A stretch of 64,000 nt of DNA from Paragordius varius. Its lineage: Eukaryota > Animalia > Nematomorpha. Within the stretch, counting starts at the first letter, position 1, and the number at the start of each line of letters is the position of its first letter. Below the pieces are notes generated by a model. That model made no database searches. It was not told where the DNA came from and was given only the letters and a program-made list of their open reading frames with translations. The position numbers and the translations under genes were made by a program. Positions 26,870-38,000 of the stretch are shown piece after piece. The stretch spans positions 5,704,001 through 5,768,000 of the forward strand of contig OZ176055.1 in NCBI GenBank assembly GCA_964247055.1. Reading direction: 5' to 3'.

Positions 26870-28494
26870 TATTGTCAGTACAAGCATCAACTCATACTTC
26901 TTGATATATATTAAAACTAGCCTATTTTAAATGCTAGTTTTGAAAAATATTTATCATTAAATATTTAATAATTTTAAAGATGATTAATAATAATCAGTGG
27001 GAAAAAATATTATTTCATATAAATGCAATGATTGCAATAATAAGGATATTTGCAAACTACAAATTTAATTTAATTTTTAATTAGGCGCACATTTATATAA
27101 GATATTTCACACCAAGTAAGTAATCGTTATATTAAAGGTTAAAAATCGGTTAATTACTATTGAGGTTTATATTGTATATCTTGCTTAATCAGATATGGTT
27201 TACGCTTAACTTGAACGCATATTCTGCTAAAAGAATTTTATTGCTTTTTTATCTAGGATGAAATAGAACATTTACAGAGAAGGTATAATAAATACCTATT
27301 TGCTCTGTTGCATACATCTATTTAAATTTATTCTTTTTTTAATTAAAAATAAGGGGAATAAAAAAGGTTTAAGTTGAAAGTTCACATCAAATCTTAACTT
27401 AATTATTAGTTTGACTTGCGACTTAAGCCTAATGATGTTTTTTCATAACTCATAAATATGATGCTGATTCTTGTGAATTTTTTAAAAGATTTTATATATG
27501 TTGAGACTGTAAAAACATATATAAGTTATTTTCCCTTCAACAGGTAAATATAAATATATGTCAATATTTTAAGCTATAATATTCATTAATTTATGCTAAA
27601 AGCCGCGTTTCGTACTGCTTAAAAATCTTTTTTGGATAAATAAAAAGGAAAATATTCTTATTAAATTTAGCGAAACGGGCCAACCCAATCTGTTATAAAT
27701 GAGCCAGGCATAATAATTAATAATCCACCAAACTGCAATTTTAGCATCAACCTAAAATATTTTTAAACATATTTAAAAATATATAATTTTAGTTTTTTAA
27801 TATATTGTATGCTTTAACACCTATTTAAATTGTCACTACTAAATAGCAAATTTTAATTTTCCAAATGACAATTCAAAATTCCAAACAATAATAGAGAGCC
27901 ATGATTTAACAAATCTTTTTATCTTATTCGGTTGTCGATTTTTTATTGTTTCTTAATTTACAATATTATTTCTGTATACAGCCAATTTTTTAAAATAAAT
28001 AAATCGCTAGAAAGTTTAGTCAACTGTAAATGATTAAACTTTTACAATTGAGCTAAGGAAAAAAATGGTATTATATTAACCATAAAAATTAGCTATATAA
28101 TAAGAAAATATATATGTTACAAAAAATATGAATAATAAACCATAAAATTCAATTTTAATTATCTATTTTTCGTGAAGTTTAAAAGATGAAAGCATTTTAA
28201 GGTAAAAAAATTCTTAACATAACATAACTCAATGCATATATTTTAGTCTATATACGCTCAGTTATGTCATATACTATTTTAACATAAAGGAAACTTATTA
28301 TTATTATTTTAACCTGTGTGTTTTGACTCTTAACACACTAACATAAGAATTAATTAAAATTGTAAAATTTTTATAAATATTTCTCGTATTAGCTCTAACC
28401 GGTTCTTATATTTTTCTTATAAATAGCTTGGTTCCTGTCCAAATCCCTTTAAATACAATTAATTTTTAATTATATCCATCCACTAAAATACATA

Positions 28495-31400
28495 ATGAAT
28501 CTCTTAAATACTTATCCATCTATGGTATTCTTAGTGACCATTTCAGGTAAAATTTAACTTAAATCATACTCCTTTTTTATCCTTTTGTTTTACGCCTAAA
28601 TATTTACCCATCATATATGATTGGCTTAATTTTAGGAGTAAAAAATATTTGTTTATAATTTTATTTTTTTGAAGTATAATTTAATACATTAAATTTTTCG
28701 ATTCATATGAATAAATTAATGTTTAGGGTTATGATATTGGGTTATATTGGTTTATATATAATTTAATAGTGCATTTAATTTGACATACCAGCGTAATAAT
28801 GATAATTAACACTTAATTACCTTTTTACTTTTTGTCGTAGTTTACCTTTTGGGGTCGTTTTATATCCCATTGCTCAATTTTGTAATTAACAGTTTTAAAA
28901 GTTATTTAGTTTAAACTTAATTATCAAACATTGCTCTTATGATAAATAGCTTAAATTGTTTACAGTTTTCTGACTTTGAGAGTCTAAATTGAGAAACCTC
29001 CAAAACACGATCGAAAAAAACAGCTGATATATTAAATCAAAATATATCAAGTTTTTGCTGGTAAAATGTAACCTGAAAGCATCTTAAAATTAATTATTTT
29101 TTTAACCATAATATAATATACATTTATTTGCCTGTTGAATTGGCAATTTAATATAATTTATAGAAAAAAATGGCGGGAAAAAAGTTTGAGAGGATTTTTT
29201 CACAATTTTAATTTTTTTTTAGAAAAAATTTTATAATGCGCCTTAACATCTAGAGAACGCATATTATTAAATTTAGCCTAATACTAAATATTTTTTAAGA
29301 TAATCAGATTTTATATCGCTATGGGATATAAAACTACTCCAAAAGGTAATGGAGTGTTAAATATAGGCAATTGCAAAACTAAATAAAATATAAATCTTTA
29401 TGGTCAAACAGCCTTTTTGCATTATAAATAAAATATAAATCTAGATATATTAAAAATTGAGAGAATTACACATTATATATTAGGAAATTTATTTATATTC
29501 GCAACATAAATATTTCAATTATACTTCTAGTTTTGATTATGTCCCTGAGTCAAGCTCAAGATGACTTGGTGGAACCTCGATTGTATCCATTTGCTCAAGA
29601 TGAATCCGGAGGAGAAGGGATTGGTATCAAGGTTCCAAATGCTTTGGCGCGTTACAATCACCACCATCCGAGTGGAGTTCCCTACCCCTCTGTTTACAGA
29701 AACCGAAATTTACAGGCCGCTATGGTTTGTAATGCAATGAATTGCCCAGCTCCCAGAGCTTGTATTGCAGTTGGCACAGCTGCGGCCGTTTGTCAATGTC
29801 CAAACGGATTCATTTTTGATGGCGCTATGTCTTGCAATCGTAAGTACTTGGTGTTTTGTTTCAAAGTACTGTCTCCTTTTTGTAATACAGACTATTTTTG
29901 TGAATCTGAACTCCGTTTTTATATCTTTATTGACTTTAACCCTTTTTGCGCAATGTTGTTTTTGCCCATAAAGGGTCGTACAACTGATGTTCTTATTGCC
30001 AAAAAAATTGGTAGAAAACAAAAATGATTTTTTTAAAATTAAGCCATACATATATAATATTAGTGGCCAATTTGTACATAATTGTATTTTTATATCGAAA
30101 TGTGAATAGATGGTAAAAATGGATTAAAAATTTGTGCGGCCCTTGTTTTAGGCAAAAAGAATCGATGTACTTTTTTTGCCTTGCTCATGTACATTTTTTG
30201 CATTATTATTATTGCATGTAGCACCTTCTGCCACGTTCTATATTGTCCTCCACTTCGTAAACATCCAATTTATCCGAGAATTCTTGCAACCAGCCAGTCC
30301 CCAGTTCAGGACTATGCAAAGCCAATTTATTTCCTACATTTATCTTATCTTAGTGACAGAAATTCAAACTTCAGGCGTTTTACTTGACATATACATTATC
30401 CGATTCTTGGATGGATCACTTATAGTAGAAGCCCAGATTATGTTTAAAGAAGGAGCAAACATAACGGAAGCACAGCTAAGAGATGTTTTAGAAAGAGGTA
30501 TGTTTCCCATTCGCAAAAATTTGTAAACCAAACGTTAAACCCCAAATCATTAATTTAATTTTTAATATATTACATGCAGGTATGAAGAATACACCAATGC
30601 ACGCATCCTTGAATATAACCAATGCCCAAATCGATAATATTTACCAGGGGGATGTGTGTGAGGATGTGCATATGTGTGGCCCCAATGCTTATTGCGTTTC
30701 TGAAAACAAAGTTTTCAAGGAGTGTCGTTGCCGTGAAGGATATGAAAACGTTGCTGCCGACTCCAATGATAAATCTGCCTTCCAATGTGAATGTAAGTGT
30801 AATTTAGAATAAAATGGAACTACTCACGCTATATTTGAGTATATTTGCGTTTTATAACATTTACAATTCCAAATTTGACATTGTACTTTACAAGAGGATT
30901 TTACAAATAGCGCTTCTGAGATTTCTTATATTTTTTCTAATACCCATTATATTTTTGTCAAATAGTAATCTGTCCACCCGAAGAGTGCTCAAATCGCGGA
31001 TTCTGTGAATACAATCCCTTGGGTGAGAAACAATGCCATTGTTATTTGTGGCATTTGGGTAGAAGGTGCCAATATAACGGTATAACTATCCTGTTGACTT
31101 TGATTGGGTCCATTGGTTTCTTGGTCCTTATTGCTGTGTCAGCGCTAATTTGGAATGCAAGGTAATTAAACTTTTATACATAAAAAAATAACCTCAGCAA
31201 ATTATTAATGGTTCTCTTATATCTAATTTTCAATAACTAATTTTGAGCTTTAAGATAATATAATAACACATGTTTCATAAAAAGAAATAAGTATCTTTCA
31301 TAATTTGTTAACCAATAATTATTTTGTAACTTTATTATTTATTATTCAGAAGTAACAGTAGTATGTCGGCAAATGGCTGGACCCCTTTCAGAGATTATGC

Positions 31401-32015
31401 CAGATATATGTGGCCTTTTACTGCAAACTCAGTCCAAGCTAAGGAACAAGACAAAGATGCGTTCTCCATAAAATCGGTAACTTTTTTATAAATCCGCAAA
31501 AATAATAATCTTACAATGAGATTTATATATAATACTAAATTTTACCTTAAATTAATTCTAGAACTCCCAATAAAATTACACTATCAAACAGGCCGAAAAT
31601 ATGTATAAAATTAGCATTCCTCCCTATAATTTTATGACAATCAAAAACTTCACCCAAATGGTTTTATACTTTATAAACAACCTTTATATTGCCATTATTT
31701 ATTATTTATTTAAACCAATTAATAATATTACCAAAGCTAAACTCTTCCTTTCTTTCTTAATTATTTTTATAAATAGATGAATTTTATCCGGTGTAATTAA
31801 AAATATTCATAATTTCAAAATATTTCATGGGCATTTAATAACACAAGACAATTTATTTATTGAAATTTATATATTATTTGTAAGCTTATTGTAAAAAATA
31901 TATGATAATGTAATTTGAGCGAATACACATTTATAAATAAATAAATGATTTATAATTGATTATTTTTTATCATCGTCTCTACCATTAGTTTTCTTTTCAG
32001 AGTATTTATGAGTAA
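28495..32015 (+). CDS. Type I membrane protein: signal peptide-EGF-SEA-EGF-EGF-TM-short tail (MUC13/IMPG2-like architecture), 395 aa, 7 exons (28495-28546, 29531-29839, 30222-30497, 30580-30792, 30966-31161, 31350-31476, 32001-32015)
   Basis: Signal peptide MNLLNTYPSMVFLVTISVLIMSLSQAQ. Three six-cysteine EGF-like modules. SEA domain with FLDGSLIVEA. TM segment ITILLTLIGSIGFLVLIAVSALIW. The last exon is less certain; an unspliced alternative ends KSVTFL* at 31491. Confidence 0.82.
28800..29360 (+). repeat. Uninterrupted copy of repeat family A, in intron 1 of the SEA/EGF gene
   Basis: Collinear with 20590-20879 joined to 23035-23265, i.e. it shows the empty site of the Tc1-like insertion. Confidence 0.7.
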
Positions 32016-32035
32016 TGATTATAAAAAAATTGTGG

Positions 32036-35000
32036 TTACATTCGAGATGTAGATATTATTTTTTTCATATTTGAAGTATCTATATTTCCAAAATTATTTG
32101 TATCAAATTGTTCCTGAGAGTTTGATTTTAAAAAATATTTTTGCCATAAAATAGTTAAGGGATTCGTGGACGGCAAATTATTTTTATGATTGTTCGAATT
32201 TTGTTCCAATTTTTCATCCAATATTTCAGATAATTCAGATTGACTATCATCTTTGATTTCGTACTTCAGTGCACGTTGCTTAAGGTGTTGACTAAATTCT
32301 TGACTGGGTTTTAATGTCTCAGCCAATGCCTGTTACATATATAATTAATTACATCAAAAAATATTTTATAACTTTTAAAAAAGAAAATTAAAAAATGTTT
32401 ATTAATTTGCCTAGTTGGCATAGGTTATTAAAAGCGGACTGAAGGGGACAACTCAGAGGGTCAAGAAATTATTTAATTTTATTATTATGATTCGTTTTGA
32501 AAATAAGTCTGTCAGGCTCAGATTCAAAAATATGACACATTAAAAGGCGTTCTTAAGTTTCATTCATTACTTTTATTGTAACCCGCTCCTTATACAAAAT
32601 ATATTCAAGCATAATTTTTAATTATAAAAATAAGATATATTACTTTAGAATAAGTTTGAATGGCGTTACTAAAACCGGGAGAAATTTTCTCTTTCAGCTG
32701 TGTGGACATTTTTAGCGATAAATCACGTGGTTTTAGCGAATCGATTTGATCGTTACTAAAAACTTGAGAGTCTTGTGGTTTATCCTGGCTATTGAATGAA
32801 TTTGATTGCATAATGCGTGTAATGGTTTTCTTTTCTTTCCAAATGGCATACAAAGCAAAAAGAGGAATTTGACCGATGGTAGCTATGCAGATAAGTGCCC
32901 CTATACCATTTGACCATGCAGGAAAAATGTAATTTTTAAGCGTGAGTCGTTCTTGTCGAACGATTGAATAAATGAAGATAATCTATGACATATAAAGGAT
33001 GAAAGTTTAGTTAATTTACATTCTGTAAGAATAAAATACCCATCTCCAAATAAAATTATATTATATATATGAGCAAATGTGCATACCATATATAAAGTGG
33101 ATCATTCTAAAAGCAAATGACTTTACTAGGGTGTGAATTGTTTTCTAAGTAAATGTTCATTTTATTAAATATGTCCGAATCATTTAAGATTGAAATTAAT
33201 AAATGTGCATTTATCGCACACACACCCACTGTTTAATCATATAAAAAAATCAATTAGTTTTTAAACAATAAAAATTTCCTATATCTTGTGTCACTGTCGC
33301 TAAATCTAACAATTTTTCTATTGCGATAATATTGTTTACGAGCATTTGAGATGGTATGATAAAAAATATTACCATATTTGTTATAATTAAATAAAATTTA
33401 CCCAGAGCGCTAGAGGGCATAAAATGCACCAACTCACGTACCAAAACCATCGAAGTGGCAATTTACTCTTGAACATACTTTCAATATTCTTTACGAATCT
33501 TCGGATACCTTAATTATAAGTATAATAATAATTAAATAACTTATTCAGCTTATGAGTTGTAAACTACGGAATAACAATTTTTAAACTCTGTTAAATAATG
33601 TTATAAACAAAAAAAACTGAAAATGAACTAAAATTTATAATAGGTCGTACTGATGAGTGCTAACAAGTGCGAAACTAGTTTGCGATTACAATTAACGAAC
33701 GGTTTACCTATCATTTTGTATTTTCAGTTTAATTCAGTTTATTTTCAGTTGAATTATCGTTTATAACATAATTTAACGGAATTTAACAATTTTTAATGAT
33801 TTAATAAAATAAAAGTATACCATAAATCCACATAATTCCTACAATTTCGCATGCTCCTATAGCCACCAAAGAATAATTTGAACAATAATGGTCAACAAGA
33901 GATATAAGGTATTGACCACCCTAAATATGGATAAAAAATGAAAAAATAAAGTTTTAATCATTCTAATTAAACATTTTTACCCAAAAATTTAGTTAATTTG
34001 AATATTATTGTAAAACCTTAAAGACTAAAATATATAATAAAAAATACCCTGGTTACAAAGGGCAGTCCAAGCAAAGAACAGAGCAAACAAAACAGGAGTC
34101 TGTTCCATATACCACGCCTAGCTGGGAATACGTTTGGGAGAGCATCTTGTAGACCTAACCATTCAAAATATATATCCGATTATCTCAACTCTTTAAAATA
34201 TTATATGAATTTAATATAAATTAAGCACAAATGGGCGCCTTGAAATATATTTTTAAAAAATCAGTTCTTTGGGTATATAATTTATAGTAATATTGCACAG
34301 AATATTTGTTAACATGCTACCAAATTTAATTTAAGAAAAATATATTATTAGATGTTTGATCGGATCTCAAACCTAAAACACAAATATTTATTTGTAACAA
34401 AACAAAATTGTTTTTTGGCAATAGAATTGCCATTCAAAATCAGTAAATCTACAAAAAAACTTTAAAACGCTTAAAATTAATTATACTAACCTGAAATAAA
34501 AGTTTCCATCATAGCGAATTCACTGTTTAGCCCCAAATCATATAACATGAGAAAAAATAAGACGTTCCATAACTGTGGGATCTTCAGCGTTGATATGGCC
34601 TCTGGATACACTATGAATGCCAACCCTTGTCCTTAAACAAAAAAATAATTTTTCTATAAACATAAAATTTAAAATGTTTTTTTATATAAAAAAATCAAAT
34701 ATTTTGCATGTTATAAAGTCTGTACATTTATGCTGGTTTATTCACATTATTGTTGGCCATTTGGTATCACATCAGTGTATGGGTAAAAACAACAAAATGT
34801 TGTGGATAAACAATTTTTCCCTATCTCACTACATTAATTTGTTTATATAATTATGGATAAGAATTATTTTATAAAACATGCTACTGTATTTCCAATCAAC
34901 CATCAATAATGTGAAAGTATGCATGGCTGCGTATTTCGCACTATATTATAGCAATTTGCAACACAGTAGTGTATGGAAAAAACAACAAAATGTGGAATAA

Positions 35001-38000
35001 ACAATTATTTCTTTTCTTTTTTCCATACACTCCCGCATTGCAAATTGCCCTATACTATAGTAAATAAGCAACCAACCATTAAAATGCATACTATAAATTG
35101 GGGAAAAAATATATGTATTTTACCTGATTCCGTCACTTGATCGATGGGAATGTTCAATTGTTTAGCCATATAACCTAGAACGGAGAATATAACTAGGCCT
35201 GAAAAAATGCTGGTAAACGTATCGAGAAACGATATGAACATGGCATCGCGATAACACAAATTACGGTAGGAACCGAAACTTGCAAAGGAAATTATACAAC
35301 CCCAACCGATTCCAGCTGAGAAAAATGCTTGACCTGCCGCAGCGCTCCAAACCTATCAAACATTGGCAAAAAAGATAACATTTTAGTTTTCAAGAATCTC
35401 GATTTAATTGCATCGTTAATATTCAATCATTTAATATTTTATATGGTCAAGATTTTCAATAACAAGAAAGTCCTGATGCATATTGGGCCTGCATTTTTCA
35501 ATTATATTCATATTTATGTAAAAATAAAGTTAAAAATCGTTTTAATTATAAACTGAATTACATACAGTAAAAATTGTAATTACACTTAAACTTAGGCAAA
35601 TATTTTTTAAGGACAACCAAAATTAAAACCTTGATTTTTTAGATAAACCATTTAATAACAATTTTGCATTACATAATTTAGCGTATTAACAAATTCAAAT
35701 CTCTAAATCCCTATTTTGTAACCCAGAAGGATGAGTTTTATTTAAAAATTAGGATTTCCTACTGGTTTATAATAAATAAAGTTTAAAAATCAATCGTTTA
35801 AAATGTAAATCCAGCTATATATTTAAATTCGTGCATACATTAATATCCTTTAGTTTGTCCCATTGAGGCGTAAGGAAATACAGTATCCCGTTTCGTGCTC
35901 CATCCAGTGTCACACCGCGAATAAAGAGAATAAGCAAGATTAGATATGGTAGGATTGTTGTTATGTATGCAACCTAAAAAATTTAAATTATTCGTCAAAC
36001 ATTATTAAAAACCGTGAAAAAATTTATATATTTTTGAATCCATGCAAAACGTTAATAAAAGTAAAGAATTTATACAACGTTTTTTGAAAATTTATTATTT
36101 ACCTTTCCTAAACTTTTAATTCCCTTGAAAATGCAAGCGAAAACAAAAAGCCAGGACAAAAGCAATAAACCCGCTAATGGCCATCGCATTCCACCTAAAT
36201 CATGAAGCCCCGGAGATTTCCCGATTTCCAATACGTATGCACTAGTTTTTGAAAAAAAAGTTTAATTTTAAAGTTATTTTAAATTGAGAATGTTTACAAG
36301 CGCGATAGCCACTTACAATTGACAAAAGGTTACACATAAAACTTTAGATTTTAATCAATTTTTTTATTAAAATTAAAAGTTTTCACTTTAATTTACAATT
36401 TTAATAACACATAATCTTCAAAAAATATTAAACATCCGCACAAATTATAAAATAATTTAATATTTAAAAGTACGCTTACTGCCAAAAATCATCCGTAGGA
36501 CTAACAATTTTATGAGTAATTGATGAAGACTTTTGCGACAACAAGGTACTATTTGATAGTGCTGTTGTCATATTGGAAGTTGAGTATGTAAAATTATTGC
36601 CCAAAAAATTATTCATTCTTTCCATCAAATTATTATTATTATGAGATATGGTCCCATTGATACCGGCTAAAGAAATGTCTGATGCTATGGCACCCAAGTC
36701 GGAAAGGTTTTTCGGAATCGTAGGTATTCTCGAACTTATGGCCAAACAATTCGGACTGTTAAAAGACTATTTTTTTGTAAATATATATATTTACCATTTA
36801 CAATAATCACCCTTGAACAATTCAAATTCACCCTTGAACAATTCAAATTCACTCTTGAACAATTCAAATTCACTATAACTCATCATTAAAATTAAATATA
36901 CTTTTATGGCATAGTTTAATAATTTTTCAGTATTATTTTAATTTTAAACGAAATTTCTTTTTTTTAAAATTTAAAAAAATTTAGCCAATTTTTAATCTTA
37001 AAAAACACAAAATTTATTTTAGGGTGAATTTGAATTGTTCGAAGGTGAATTTGAATTGTTCAAGGGTGGATTTGAATTGTTTAAGGGTGAATTTGAACTG
37101 CAAATGGTATATATATATATATATATATATTTTATAAAGCAATTTCATATTGAATTTTTTATAAATGAGATCCAAACCGTATTCAAAAGTACATTATTTT
37201 AATTTTTTGTGGGGGCTATGTGACATAATAAGGTTTATTTGAATGATATTACTATTTAAAAACCCAAATTTTTATGTCTTTAAGCTTTATAAATATTTAC
37301 GCTTAAAACTCTTATTCAAATTTAAAACAATTTTTTTCGGAATCCTTTACCAGAGCTTTCATATGTTTCTCTTAGCTAAAGAATTTAATATATTTTAACA
37401 ATTTACCATATTTACTCTGTTTGATCTAGATATGCTTGTATAAATTTTCTAATTATCCTTAAAATATATTTATTGCAATTTATTAAAATGAAAAATCTAA
37501 AGTGTCTAAGGGTTTTGATATGTTAAAGCGTTAATGGTGTATTATTTTGATATCGATTTATTCATTTTGTAAAAGTTTAAATGTTTGGATATTTTTATAA
37601 TCACTAATTTTCTTAAAAATCGCTGTAACTTATTTTATACTTTCCTTATTATGAAATAAACTTATTTGCAAAAAAATACAGTTAAGTTATTATTTTTTAT
37701 GTCGTAAATGAATTCACGATTAAAGTTTAAAATTACATTGTCACAAGATGTCCACAACAAGGTACTTCGAAAACTTGCGATCAGGTAAAACAGGGCATAC
37801 GCCATGATGATATTATAAAATATGGATATAATAAAGAGTATCACAATTTGCGCCCATCCGATACCTAAATTTAAAATATATTACCCAAATAAAACAAAAT
37901 TGGTAATATATATCTTTAAATATAAAAAGTAAAAAAAAGTGCCGTGACCAGGATTCGAACCTGGGTTAATGCGGCCACAACGCAATGTACTAACCACTAT

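Noticed and set aside
29710-30051. Antisense or alternative-frame ORFs over real exons (e.g. 13234-13479, 29710-30051, 30570-30785, 47307-47531, 48095-48283, 59133-59565)
   Set aside because: Shadow ORFs caused by the higher GC content of the sense exons; no independent support.
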